A stretch of 64,000 bases of DNA from Alphaproteobacteria bacterium. GTDB taxonomy: Bacteria > Pseudomonadota > Alphaproteobacteria > Bin95. The DNA lies in the NCBI GenBank assembly GCA_963665325.3, contig CAXXWS020000003.1, positions 1 through 64,000 of the forward strand. The letters run 5' to 3'. The notes under the pieces were generated by a model. That model searched no databases, was not told the origin of the DNA, and saw nothing but the letters and a program-made list of their open reading frames with translations. Shown one piece after another: positions 49,979-59,754 of this stretch; position 1 is the first letter of the stretch, and the number at the start of each line of letters is the position of its first letter. Both the position numbers and the translations under genes were made by a program.

Positions 49979-50775
49979 CATTCATCGACCGATTGCGGCC
50001 GCTTGCGGTCCTGATTGCGATATCCCTTCTTTACATGGGCGGGCTCGCGGCGTCCGCCCCGGCGGCGGCGATGCAGATCCTGGAGGCGGCCGACCACGCC
50101 GAGCTCGCCGCCGAAATCTCCGCGAGGGAGGTCAGCCGGATCGCGCTTGCACGCGACCGGATCGCGCGGGTGGTGCGCTCGCCGGACGGCTTCGCGGTCG
50201 AGCACGACGCCGCCTCGGGCGACCTCTATCTCAGGCCCGCGGACGCGGCGAACCCGGTCACGGCCCATGCCCCGGTCACGCTGTTCATCGGCACCGAGCG
50301 GGGCTTCACCTACCGGCTGACGCTGACGCCGGCCGAGCGGGGATCGGCGCAGATCCTGATCCGCAACCCCGGGGCCATGCCGGGCGCGGCGCAGGGCGTC
50401 GACGGCGCCGGCCCGGCATTGGCGGGCGATCCGCGGATCGCGGCGCTGGTCCGCCTGGTCCGCGCGGTGGCGCGGCGCGAGCCGCTGCCGGGGTATGCCA
50501 TCCATGCCGGGGCGATCCATGCCGGGACCATGCCGGGCGGGCTCAGGCTCATCGAGACCTGGCGGGGTCCGCGTTACCGGGCGCTGGTGCTGGAAGCGGG
50601 GCGCCTCCGCTCCGCCGGCACGCCGGATGCGGCGGGCCTCGCCGGGACCGTCGGAGCGCTTCCGGGCGCCGGGCGCGTCGCGGCGCTGTGGCTGGCGGCG
50701 CCGGGCACCGGCCCCTCGGGCGGGCGGCTCGCGGTGGCGGTGACGGAAGGCGCCGCGACCGGAGAGCCGCGATGA
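49975..50775 (+). CDS. traK: F-type T4SS TraK
   Basis: ISAREVSRIAL..DRI, GDLYLRP, TLFIGTERGFTYRL. Confidence 0.88.
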   Translation: MTFIDRLRPLAVLIAISLLYMGGLAASAPAAAMQILEAADHAELAAEISAREVSRIALARDRIARVVRSPDGFAVEHDAASGDLYLRPADAANPVTAHAPVTLFIGTERGFTYRLTLTPAERGSAQILIRNPGAMPGAAQGVDGAGPALAGDPRIAALVRLVRAVARREPLPGYAIHAGAIHAGTMPGGLRLIETWRGPRYRALVLEAGRLRSAGTPDAAGLAGTVGALPGAGRVAALWLAAPGTGPSGGRLAVAVTEGAATGEPR

Positions 50776-52073
50776 ACGCGCAACGGGATCCCCGCGACGG
50801 CGCCGATCCCGGGACGGTGCGCCGGCGCCAGCTGCTGCTGTTCTCGGGCGTAGCGGCGCTCGTGCTGGTCGCGGTGGCGGCGTGGCTCGGCATGGGCGGC
50901 GGCAAGGCCCCGGCGCCGCGCAGCGGCATCGAGGCCGGGATCGCCGGACCGGACGCGGCCGAGAAGGTCTGGACGCGGCGCTCCGAGGCCCGGCTCGGCG
51001 GGATCGAGACCAAGCTGCGCGAGATGGGGCAGGAAGCGCGCCGGCTCGCCGCCGACAACGACCGGCTGCGCGCGAAGCTGGAGACCGGCGCCGCCGATGC
51101 GCGCACCGTCATCGACCGCCAGGCGGCGATGATCGGCGAGCTGGAACGCCGCCTTCAGCCGCCCGGGCAGACGGGCAATGGCCCGGGCAATGGCCCGGGC
51201 AATGCGCCGGGTGGAGACGGGTATTTCCGGGTGCCGGCGACGGCGCCCTCGACCGGCGGCCACGGACAGACGCAGCCCGTCGCGCCCGCGCCGATGATCG
51301 AGACCTTCGAGCTGACGGACAGTCCGCGGTCGTCCGCAGCCGATCCCCGCAGCGGCCCGGAACTCGTGGCCGATGCGGTGGCGAAGCCGGTCTCGGTATG
51401 GCTGCCGGCGGGCGCCCATGCGCAAGCCGTGGTGCTGGCCGGCGTCGACGCCTCGGCGGGCGTGTCGTCCCAGGGCGATCCGCGTCCGGTGCTGCTGCGC
51501 ATCGCCGGCCCGGCCTGGACGGCGGCCGAGGACGGTGTCGCGCTCGCCGTCGACATCGACGGCTGCACCGTGACGGGTGCGGCCCATGGCGACCTCTCCT
51601 CGGAGAAGGTTTATGTGCGCTTCCGCACCATGACCTGTGCCGGGCCGCGTCCGGGCACGGTGGTCGAGACGCCGGTGGCGGGCTTCGTCGCCGGCTCGGG
51701 CAAGACCGGGGTGCGCGGTCCGGTGGTGAGCCGCGAGGGGGCGCTGGTCGAGAAGGCCTTCCTCGCCGGCACGATCTCCGGCGTCGGCCAGGGCGTGGCG
51801 CAGGCCTTCCAGCCGCAGGCGGTGGCGACCGGCGGGGGCGCCGCGGTCGCCAACACCGCGCTCGGCGACATCGGCCGGGCCGGTCTCGGCGCCGGGGCGT
51901 CCTCGGCCGGGCAGAAGGTGGCCGACTACATGATCCGGCGCGCCGAGCAGTACCAGCCGGTGATCCAGCTCCAGGCCGGGACGAAGGTGACGCTGGTGTT
52001 CCTCGAAGGCGCGCGCATCGACGGGCGCGCCGTGCAACCCCGACAGACGCAAACCTCCCGGGGAGGGAAATGA
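50772..52073 (+). CDS. traB: F-type T4SS TraB (VirB10-like)
   Basis: TM plus coiled coil; WLPAG..AVVLAGVDA, GDLSSEKVYVR, GVRGPVVSREG, RAEQYQPVIQ. Confidence 0.92.
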   Translation: MNAQRDPRDGADPGTVRRRQLLLFSGVAALVLVAVAAWLGMGGGKAPAPRSGIEAGIAGPDAAEKVWTRRSEARLGGIETKLREMGQEARRLAADNDRLRAKLETGAADARTVIDRQAAMIGELERRLQPPGQTGNGPGNGPGNAPGGDGYFRVPATAPSTGGHGQTQPVAPAPMIETFELTDSPRSSAADPRSGPELVADAVAKPVSVWLPAGAHAQAVVLAGVDASAGVSSQGDPRPVLLRIAGPAWTAAEDGVALAVDIDGCTVTGAAHGDLSSEKVYVRFRTMTCAGPRPGTVVETPVAGFVAGSGKTGVRGPVVSREGALVEKAFLAGTISGVGQGVAQAFQPQAVATGGGAAVANTALGDIGRAGLGAGASSAGQKVADYMIRRAEQYQPVIQLQAGTKVTLVFLEGARIDGRAVQPRQTQTSRGGK

Positions 52074-52074
52074 C

Positions 52075-52680
52075 ATGACGCACGAAACGAACCACGCGCG
52101 GCATCGCTCGGCAATCCCGGCCGTCGCGCTCGCGGCCCTGCTGCTGGCGGGCTGCTCGTCGGGGCATGTCGGCGAGGACTGGCAGTGCCCGCTGGCCGCG
52201 GGCGGCGCCTGCGACAGCGTCGCCGCGGCCGATCCGGCGGTGCCGGACCCGGGCAAGGCCGGAAACGCGGTCCTCGCGGAGCCGCTCTACCGGGTGCGGG
52301 GTGGCGCCGGGGGAGCCGGCGCGCCGTCCGGAAAGCCGCTCTGCGCGGCGGGATGCGGCGCGGGGCTCGATCCCTTCGGCTGGCTCACGCGGCTGTTCGG
52401 AGCGGAGGATGGCGGCGGCGCGCGCCCCGGCCAAGAGCCTGGCACGGTCGCGCGGACGGGTGCCGGGGACTCCCCGAAGTCGGGGGCCGAGGAAACGTCG
52501 GCTGGGTCGCAACGGGTCGAAACCGCGTCGACCGGTCACGATGCGGGCGGCGACGATCTCCGCAGCGGCGAAGTCGTCGCGCGCGTCTGGATCGCGCCCT
52601 TCGTCGATGCCGACGGCGTCTATCGCGAGGCGTCCCATGTCCGGGTGGTGCTGGAGCCGGCCGGCTGGAGGTTGAAGTGA
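52075..52680 (+). CDS. traV: F-type T4SS lipoprotein TraV
   Basis: LLAGC lipobox, CP…G.C, RVWIAPFVDADG. Confidence 0.88.
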   Translation: MTHETNHARHRSAIPAVALAALLLAGCSSGHVGEDWQCPLAAGGACDSVAAADPAVPDPGKAGNAVLAEPLYRVRGGAGGAGAPSGKPLCAAGCGAGLDPFGWLTRLFGAEDGGGARPGQEPGTVARTGAGDSPKSGAEETSAGSQRVETASTGHDAGGDDLRSGEVVARVWIAPFVDADGVYREASHVRVVLEPAGWRLK

Positions 52681-55238
52681 GCCCGCCCGCCGCCGGGCCC
52701 GGACGCCTGCTGGAGCTGTTCGAGGGGCCGGAGGCGCCGGGTCCCTGGTCACCGCCCCCGATGCCGGCCGCGCTGCACGCGCTGCTGCCCTGGCGCGCGT
52801 TCGACGAGGCGAGCGAGCTCCATGTCAACGCCGCCAGCACCGGCTTCGTGCTGGAGCTGCCGCCCTTCGCCGGCATCGACGCCGAGACCCTGGGCGCGCT
52901 CTCGGGCACGCTCGCCGACGCCGCGCCCGAGCGCTGCACCATACAGGTCGTCCACTGGGCGAGCCCGCGCTTCGGCGCGGCAAGCCGGGCCTGGGCGGAG
53001 CCGCGCGGCGACGCCGGGGGCGCGCTCGCCAGGATGGGTTCGCGCCGCCGCGACCTGCTCGCCCCGGGCGGCTGGCGCAGGCTGCATGAAGGAGGGCCGC
53101 CCTTCACCCTCTCGGACTACCGGGTGTTCGTCACCGCCTGTCTGGTGGGCGGTCCCGGCCCGGCCGCGGAGACCGCGCTCGGCGCCTTCCGCCGCGCGCT
53201 CGAAGGTACGCTGGCCTCCGCAGGCGCGCAGACCCGGCGTCTGGAGCCGGACGGGCTGCTGTCGCTCGCGGCCGAGCTGATCGTGCCCGATGTGCATGGC
53301 GAGCGCGACGGCGGGACCGAGCGCCCGGCGCGGCGCTGGTCGCCGCGCGACCCGCTGCACGAGCAATGCATCGCCCCGGGGCGCGCGCTCACCGTGACGC
53401 CGACCGGCCTCACCTTCCATCATCCGGACGGAGAAGACATTGCCGTGCGGGTGCTGTCGGCCGTCGCCTTCCCCGAGGTCTGGCCGGGTTGGCGCGGCAA
53501 CGCGCTGATCGGCGATTTCCACCGCGACTTCCTCCAGCCCGGCTGCCCCGTGCTGACCTGCCTCACCGTGGTCACCGGCGACGAGGCGGCGGGCGAGAAG
53601 GCGTTCCTGAAGTCGGCCCGCGCGACCCAGCAGGCCGGCACCGGCATCGCCCGATACCTGCCCGGCCTGCCGGAGAAGGCGCGCGACTGGCAGGCGGTCA
53701 CCGAGCGGCTCAAGGACGGCGAGCGGCTGGTGCGGGCCTGCTACATGGCGGCGGTCTATGCCCCGCTGGACGCGCTCGACGAGGCCGAGCAGGCGGTGCG
53801 CGCGATCTATCACGGCCAGGGCTGGCGGGTGAACGCCGAGCGCTACATGCAGCTGCCGTCATGGCTCGCCTGCCTGCCCATGGCCTCGGCCGGCGGCCTC
53901 GACGCCGATCTCGAGCGCATGGGCCGTATGAAGACCCTGCTGACCGCCTCGGCGGTCAACCTCGCGCCGCTCCACGGCGAGTGGCGGGGCCAGCCGACGA
54001 ACCCGGACAACCCGCCCGCCCTGTTCCTGATCGGGCGGCGCGGGCAGCCGGCCTGCTGGTCGCCCTTCGCCAACGAGGCGGGCAACTACAACGTGGCCGT
54101 CACGGGGAAGTCGGGCTCCGGCAAGTCGGTGCTGATGCAGGAGCTGGTCACCGGCCTGATCGGCGCCGGCGGCGAGGCCGTGGTGATCGACGACGGGCGC
54201 TCCTTCCAGCACACGGCGGAAGCGCTCGGCGGCGCCTTCATCGCGTTCGGCAAGGATCCCGCCTGCCTCAACCCCTTCGCCATGATCGACGCCGGAACGG
54301 CGGAGCATGACGGCGATTACCGCGAGGAATGTTTCGCCATGCTCGCCGGCGTGATCGGGCGCATGGCAAGGCGAAGGGGCGGGATCGACGACATCGAGGC
54401 GGCGCTGATCGCCGAAGCCATCGCGGCTGCCTGGGACGAGGCTGGCAACGACGCCGATCTCGGCACCGTCCGGAAGAACCTGGAGGGCCGCGACGATCGG
54501 CGTGCGAAGGACATGGCGACCGCGCTCGGCCCCTGGTGCCCGGGCGGGGCGATGGGGCGGCTGTTCGCGGGCTCGAACGTGCCGGACCTGGAGAACGCCA
54601 TGACGGTGTTCGAGCTCGCGGAGCTCAAGGGAAGGGGCGACGTGCAGGCGGTGGTTCTGATGCTGGTGGTCTTCCTCGCCACCCAGCGCATGTATCACGG
54701 CCCCCGCACAAGGGCGAAGGCGATCGTCATCGACGAGGCCTGGGACCTGCTCTCCGGCGAGGACAGCAAGTCCTTCCTGGAAGGCGCCGCGAGACGGGCG
54801 AGGAAGTACCGCGGCGCGCTCATTACCGGCACCCAGAGCGTCAACGACTACTACGCCAACCCGGCCGCGCGCGCGGCCTGGGAGAACTCGGACTGGGTGA
54901 TCTTCCTCGCCCAGAAGGACGAGTCGGTCGAGCTGCTGAAATCCGAGAAGCGCATCCACTGCGATCCCGGCATGGAGCGCGCGCTCAAGAGCCTGACCAC
55001 CGCCGACGGCCGCTATGCCGAGCTGGTGCTGCACGGTCCCGACGGCTGGCGCGTCGCCCGCCTCGTGCTCGATGCCTGGTCGGTGGCGCTGTTCTCCTCG
55101 CGCGGCCCCGCCTTCGCGGCGGTGGAGACCCTCAAGGCGGAGGGACTCTCCACCGTCGAGGCCATCGACCGGCTCGCGGGCAACGCCCCCGCCGCTACCG
55201 GACATTCCGATCCACCTGAAACGGAGGCAAACGCATGA
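52677..55238 (+). CDS. traC: F-type T4SS ATPase TraC (VirB4-like)
   Basis: GRRGQ, NYNVAVTGKSGSGKS, VIDDGRS, VIDEAWDLL, RRARKY. Confidence 0.95.
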   Translation: MSPPAAGPGRLLELFEGPEAPGPWSPPPMPAALHALLPWRAFDEASELHVNAASTGFVLELPPFAGIDAETLGALSGTLADAAPERCTIQVVHWASPRFGAASRAWAEPRGDAGGALARMGSRRRDLLAPGGWRRLHEGGPPFTLSDYRVFVTACLVGGPGPAAETALGAFRRALEGTLASAGAQTRRLEPDGLLSLAAELIVPDVHGERDGGTERPARRWSPRDPLHEQCIAPGRALTVTPTGLTFHHPDGEDIAVRVLSAVAFPEVWPGWRGNALIGDFHRDFLQPGCPVLTCLTVVTGDEAAGEKAFLKSARATQQAGTGIARYLPGLPEKARDWQAVTERLKDGERLVRACYMAAVYAPLDALDEAEQAVRAIYHGQGWRVNAERYMQLPSWLACLPMASAGGLDADLERMGRMKTLLTASAVNLAPLHGEWRGQPTNPDNPPALFLIGRRGQPACWSPFANEAGNYNVAVTGKSGSGKSVLMQELVTGLIGAGGEAVVIDDGRSFQHTAEALGGAFIAFGKDPACLNPFAMIDAGTAEHDGDYREECFAMLAGVIGRMARRRGGIDDIEAALIAEAIAAAWDEAGNDADLGTVRKNLEGRDDRRAKDMATALGPWCPGGAMGRLFAGSNVPDLENAMTVFELAELKGRGDVQAVVLMLVVFLATQRMYHGPRTRAKAIVIDEAWDLLSGEDSKSFLEGAARRARKYRGALITGTQSVNDYYANPAARAAWENSDWVIFLAQKDESVELLKSEKRIHCDPGMERALKSLTTADGRYAELVLHGPDGWRVARLVLDAWSVALFSSRGPAFAAVETLKAEGLSTVEAIDRLAGNAPAATGHSDPPETEANA

Positions 55239-55924
55239 GCTCCACGCGAAGCCCGGCAGGCACACAATCCCCGCTCAACTGGCCGGACGACCCCGAGACC
55301 GTGACGGCGGCCGATATCGACTTCGAGGCGCTGGCCCATGTGCTGGCCAACACCTGCCGCCGGGGCGGCTGCTGCCGGCAGTACCACTCGGTCGCGGCGC
55401 ACGCGGTAATCGTCTCGGAGGAGATCGAGGCGCTCGACGGGCTCGGGGACGAAGACCGGCGGCAGCTCGCGCTGCATGCCCTTCTGGCGCCCGCGCCGTC
55501 GGCATGGCTTCGGGGCCGCCTGCCCGACTCGCAGCGGGCGGCGGAGCCCGGATCGCGGGGAGCCGGCCCCGGCCCGCGAGCCGGGGGGCCAGGACGCGCC
55601 GGAAGGCTGGCCACGGGGATCGAGACCGCAGTGCGCGAGGCCGCCGGGCTCGGTGCGGTGCTGGACGAGGAACATGGCGAGCTTCTGCGATTCGTGACCC
55701 GCATGGCGGCCGCCGCCGAGCGCCGCGACGTTATGGACGGGAATGCCGCCGCGGGCGCCGGCGTGGCCTTCCCGCCGCTGAAGCGGCGCATCCGCGGCAT
55801 GGCCCCCGACAGGGCGGCGGAGGCCTGGCTCGCCCGCTTCCGGGCGCTGGCGGGAGACAGGGCTTCGGCTCCGCGCGTTGGCGGCGCTCCGGCGGAGGAC
55901 AGTGCGGATGCGCCGGCGTCCTGA
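55235..55924 (+). CDS. YfbR-like HD-domain homologue with a degenerate active site
   Basis: DIDFEALAHVLANTCR.GG….HSVAAHA.IVS; ALLAPAPSAWL where ALLHDA.EAYL is expected. Confidence 0.65.
   Translation: MSSTRSPAGTQSPLNWPDDPETVTAADIDFEALAHVLANTCRRGGCCRQYHSVAAHAVIVSEEIEALDGLGDEDRRQLALHALLAPAPSAWLRGRLPDSQRAAEPGSRGAGPGPRAGGPGRAGRLATGIETAVREAAGLGAVLDEEHGELLRFVTRMAAAAERRDVMDGNAAAGAGVAFPPLKRRIRGMAPDRAAEAWLARFRALAGDRASAPRVGGAPAEDSADAPAS
55547..55588. repeat. In-frame palindromic element, copy 2
   Basis: Encodes PGSRGAGPGPRAGG; near-identical to 45564..45605. Confidence 0.85.
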
Positions 55925-56318
55925 AGCTGACGGGCGGTCCGATCCGGCCTGGCCGGCGATGGTGTCCGCGGTGCTGCTCTCGGGCGCGGTGGCGGCGGCG
56001 GTCGCGGCGGCAACGCTGCGCTACGGGATCGAATCGCCGCCGGGCATCGCCGGCGTCCGGCTTGCGCAGATGACTGCGGCCTGGACGACGCGGGCGGCAG
56101 CCGAAGGCCGGTCGGCGGCGGAGGTGCGCGCCTGGGGCGCGGCGCTGGAGACCGCGCTGGACCGGGTGGCGCACGATCACGGCGTGGTGCTGCTGCCGGC
56201 CCGGGCGGTCGCCGCCGGGGCGCCGGACCTGACGCCGCAGGTCGAGGCGGCGCTCGCCGAAACCCTTGCGCGGAAGCCGGGCGGGGAAGCCGGCGCCCCG
56301 CGGGGAGCGGTCCGGTGA
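55908..56318 (+). CDS. trbI: F-type TrbI
   Basis: TM helix; H.VVLLPARAVAAGAPDLTPQV; position after traC. Confidence 0.8.
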   Translation: MRRRPEADGRSDPAWPAMVSAVLLSGAVAAAVAAATLRYGIESPPGIAGVRLAQMTAAWTTRAAAEGRSAAEVRAWGAALETALDRVAHDHGVVLLPARAVAAGAPDLTPQVEAALAETLARKPGGEAGAPRGAVR

Positions 56319-56902
56319 GCGCGCCGCGCCCGATATTCAACCTGCGGGCGGACAGGCAGCGCCGCCGCCATGTAGGCCTGGTGGTCATGATCGCCCTGGC
56401 GGCACTCTGGATCGGCCTCGCCTCGCGCGTGCATGTCAACGCCAGCTGGTCGGACGAAGCCTGGGGCTATGCCGCCCTGCCGCTGTTCGGCGAAGACCCG
56501 GAGATCGGCGACCGGGTGCTGTTCGATCCTCCCGAAGCGCTGGAATCCCGGGTTCCGTATCTGAAGACCGTGCGCGGCGTGCCGGGCATGGCGGTCGCGG
56601 TCGCGGAAGACGGGACGGTCAGTCTCGACGGCGTCGCGGTCGGCCGCGCAAAGACCAATGCCCTCGACGGGCGCCCGCTCGCGGCGGTCGCGCCGGGGAT
56701 CGTTCCGCCCGGATATTACTTCCTTCACGCCGACCATCGCGACAGTCACGACAGCCGCTACGCCGAAATCGGCCTGGTGCCGCGTTCGCGCATTCTCGGC
56801 CGCGCGATTGCCCTGCCGAACCTGCCCTGGCTCGGCCTCAAGGGGCCGCTGGTCGGGCCGGAAGATGTCCGGCCGGACCCGAAACCGGAGGCGTGGCGAT
56901 GA
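56315..56902 (+). CDS. trhF: Conjugative S26 signal peptidase (TrhF-like pilin processing)
   Basis: VNASWS, YLKTVRGVPG, VPPGYYF…SHDSRYAEIGLV. Confidence 0.85.
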   Translation: MSAPRPIFNLRADRQRRRHVGLVVMIALAALWIGLASRVHVNASWSDEAWGYAALPLFGEDPEIGDRVLFDPPEALESRVPYLKTVRGVPGMAVAVAEDGTVSLDGVAVGRAKTNALDGRPLAAVAPGIVPPGYYFLHADHRDSHDSRYAEIGLVPRSRILGRAIALPNLPWLGLKGPLVGPEDVRPDPKPEAWR

Positions 56903-57606
56903 GACGGTCGGCAACCCTGTTGCTTGCTGCCCTGCTCGCGGCGCCGGCACCAGGCGCATCGGCGAAGGACCTGGGCGTGCGCGGCGCGACCTGGCCGGTG
57001 GCGGAGCCCGACCTGCTGCTCGAAATAGAGACGCGGCTCCTGAAGATGCAGCGCTCGGGCGAGCTGGCGCGGCTGGAGGACGAGGCCCGCACCCGCGCCC
57101 GCCGGAAGCTGGAGACGCCGGACCCGGTTCCCGGTATCGCGCCGGCGCGGGAGCAACGCAGCCGCCTGTTCGATTCCTCGATCGCGGTCGCGCAGGACAT
57201 CCGCACGCCGGACGGCACTCTCATCGCCGCCGCCGGCACGAGGGTCAACCCGCTGGAGCGCTTGCCGCTGACGCGCGACCTGATCTTCGTCGACGGCAGG
57301 CGCGAGGCGGAGATCGCCTGGGCGCTCGGCCATGACCGGCCCGCGAAGATCGTGCTGCTCGCCGGGCGCCCGCTCGACCTGATGCGCCGCCATCGTCGGC
57401 CCTTCTTCTTCGATACCGGCGGCAGGCTCGCCGCGCGCTTCGGTATCGCCGCGACGCCCACGCTGGTCCAACAGGATGGCGTTCGACTGCGCCTTACCGA
57501 AATCCCGGTTGTGGGTCGGGCGGGGCCGCAGTCCGGCCAATGCGATGGCGATACGCAACCCACCGAATCATTGAAACCGACAGCGAGGGGAGAAAAGCCA
57601 TGCTGA
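56899..57606 (+). CDS. traW: F-type TraW
   Basis: DLGVRGATWPVAEPDLL, GTRVNPL, FFDTGG.L..RFGI.ATP. Confidence 0.92.
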   Translation: MRRSATLLLAALLAAPAPGASAKDLGVRGATWPVAEPDLLLEIETRLLKMQRSGELARLEDEARTRARRKLETPDPVPGIAPAREQRSRLFDSSIAVAQDIRTPDGTLIAAAGTRVNPLERLPLTRDLIFVDGRREAEIAWALGHDRPAKIVLLAGRPLDLMRRHRRPFFFDTGGRLAARFGIAATPTLVQQDGVRLRLTEIPVVGRAGPQSGQCDGDTQPTESLKPTARGEKPC

Positions 57607-57986
57607 CCGTGAACCGCGCGACCCTGGTGGGCCATGCCGGGCGCGACCCCGAGATCCGTTCCCTGCCGAACGGCGGCAGGGCGGCGACCTTCCCGCTCGC
57701 CACCGCCGAAAAATGGACCGACCGGGAGGGCAAGCCCGTGGAGGCCACCGACTGGCATCGCATCGTGGTCTACGGCGCGGCCGTCGAGATCGTCGGGACC
57801 ATGCTGCGCAGGGGCGATCCGGTCATGGTCGAGGGCCGCATCGTTACCCGGCAATATCAGGATCGCGAGGGTGCCGACCGCACCGTCACCGAAATCGTCG
57901 TCGCCGGGCCCCAGGGCATGGTCAACATCCTCAGCCCGAGGAAGGCGGAGCATGGCGACGCCGCGGCAACCGGGTCCATCGCATGA
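57600..57986 (+). CDS. ssb: Single-stranded DNA-binding protein
   Basis: VNRATLVGHAGRDPEIR, ATAEKW, TDWHRIV, VEGRI.TRQY. Confidence 0.93.
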   Translation: MLTVNRATLVGHAGRDPEIRSLPNGGRAATFPLATAEKWTDREGKPVEATDWHRIVVYGAAVEIVGTMLRRGDPVMVEGRIVTRQYQDREGADRTVTEIVVAGPQGMVNILSPRKAEHGDAAATGSIA

Positions 57987-58984
57987 TCCGCCGCTTCCTC
58001 GCCGTCTGCGCGGTCGTGCTGGCGTCCGCCCTGTGGGCCGGCCCGGCCTCGGCGCAGAGCTGCACCGGCCGGTTCGTGAACCCGATCTCGGACGTCTGCT
58101 GGGAATGCCTGTTCCCGATCTCGATCGGCCCGCTCACCATCGGCAGCACCGGCGGCGTCACGGATACGCCGAACCCGTCCTCGCCGATCTGCTTCTGCGG
58201 CTCCCCCATCCCCCGCATCGGCCTCTCGCTCGGGGTGTGGGAGCCGGCACGGCTGGTCGATGTCACCAGAACCCCCTGGTGCTTCCCCAATCTGGGCGGC
58301 CTCACCATCGATCCCGGCCTGCCCGCCGCGCGGGGCCGCACCGGGTCGTCGGGCGGCGACGGGGCGAAGGGCTCGGTCTGGCATGCGCACTATTACATGT
58401 ATCCGCTCTTGTCCTGGATCGGCGTGCTGCTCGATCTCGGCTGCCTGGAAGGCGGAAGCCTCGACATCGCCTGGGTCTCGGAACTCGACCCGGCCTGGCT
58501 CGACGACGAGCTGTCGTTCCTGCTCAACCCGGAGGCGGCGCTGTTCGCCAACCTGCCGGCGCAGGCGGCCTGCGCCGCCGACTGCGCGGCGGCCTCGGTC
58601 GGCCTGCCGCAGGACGGTCTGTTCTGGTGCGCGGGCTGCCAGGGCGGGATGTATCCGCTGACCGGCAACGTGGCGGCCCATGTGGGCGGCGTGCAGGCCT
58701 CGCTGCTGGCGGCCCAGCGCCTGGTCTACCGCCTGCACCGCGCCGGCCTCGCCTGGGGCACCTCGGGCTCGGCCGCGCTCTGCGGTCGCTACCCGATGCC
58801 GGTGATGAAGAAGTCGCAGTACCGCTGGCAGATGACCGAGCCGGTGCCGGCGACCACGCCCGCGACCGGCTGCAACCCGACCGGACGCTCCTCGGTGCTC
58901 TGGGAATCGCTCCGCGAGCTGCCGGTCTCCGGCGAGAGCTTCGGCTACCTGCTGTGGAGAAAACGATCGTGCTGTCTTTTGTGA
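57983..58984 (+). CDS. traU: F-type TraU
   Basis: C.GRFVNPISDVCWECLFPI, WEPARL, SELDP.W, WRKRSCC. Confidence 0.95.
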   Translation: MIRRFLAVCAVVLASALWAGPASAQSCTGRFVNPISDVCWECLFPISIGPLTIGSTGGVTDTPNPSSPICFCGSPIPRIGLSLGVWEPARLVDVTRTPWCFPNLGGLTIDPGLPAARGRTGSSGGDGAKGSVWHAHYYMYPLLSWIGVLLDLGCLEGGSLDIAWVSELDPAWLDDELSFLLNPEAALFANLPAQAACAADCAAASVGLPQDGLFWCAGCQGGMYPLTGNVAAHVGGVQASLLAAQRLVYRLHRAGLAWGTSGSAALCGRYPMPVMKKSQYRWQMTEPVPATTPATGCNPTGRSSVLWESLRELPVSGESFGYLLWRKRSCCLL

Positions 58985-59025
58985 ACCCGATGAAACGCAA
59001 TGACAGACACGACCCTGAAAAGACC

Positions 59026-59754
59026 ATGACGACGCTCTCTTCACCCTTCCGGACCGCCCTCCTGCTCACGGCCATGCTGGCGCTCGGCGCCTGCGCCTGT
59101 CCGGCGCGGGCCGGCGAAATGCCCGCCGCAGGCCCCGAAGCCGAGGCATCGCGCCTCGTTGAGGAGGTCATGCGCAAGGCGGGAGACGACTCGCTCGGGG
59201 CCTGGACGCGTTCCATCATCGACCGCGCACTGAAACGCGCCGGGGAGTCCGCGCGGCGGACGGTTCCCGGACAGGCCGTACCCCTTCCGGCCGAACGCCA
59301 TGCGCGTGCATTGACTACCCGGCGGCCGTCCACGGCGGAAGTGCTCATCTTCACCAGCCTTTCGGTCCCGGCGGCGAGCTGGCGGCAATGGGCGAATGAC
59401 GCGGCCCGGACGGCTGTGCCGCTGGTGCTGCGCGGTGTCGGTGCGGGCGGTCTGCGGCAGACGGCCGGGGTGATCGGCGCCCGGCTCGGTGGCCACGATC
59501 CGGGCATCGCGATCGATCCGCGCCTGTTCCGCCTGTTCGGCGTCGAACGGGTGCCCGCCGTTGTCGTCGTGCCCGGCGGCGTGCCGCCCTGCGAGAGCCG
59601 CGGCTGCTCAGAGGACCCTGCCCCGCCGCACGATCTGATCGCCGGCAATATCGGTCTCGTCGCCGCGCTGGAGGCGGTCGCCGCGGAAGGCGATGCCGGT
59701 CGCGCGGCCGCGAAAAGGCATCTCGAACGGCTGAGAAAGGGAAACGGGCCATGA
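59026..59754 (+). CDS. trbC: F-type TrbC
   Basis: LIFTSLSVP, LVLRG, IDPRLFRLFGVERVPAVV, GNI.L..AL. Confidence 0.9.
   Translation: MTTLSSPFRTALLLTAMLALGACACPARAGEMPAAGPEAEASRLVEEVMRKAGDDSLGAWTRSIIDRALKRAGESARRTVPGQAVPLPAERHARALTTRRPSTAEVLIFTSLSVPAASWRQWANDAARTAVPLVLRGVGAGGLRQTAGVIGARLGGHDPGIAIDPRLFRLFGVERVPAVVVVPGGVPPCESRGCSEDPAPPHDLIAGNIGLVAALEAVAAEGDAGRAAAKRHLERLRKGNGP

Noticed and set aside
50497-51210. Short in-frame micro-duplications in traK (AIHAG x2) and traB (GNGP x3)
   Set aside because: Ordinary linker slippage with unit lengths that are multiples of three; no switch potential.
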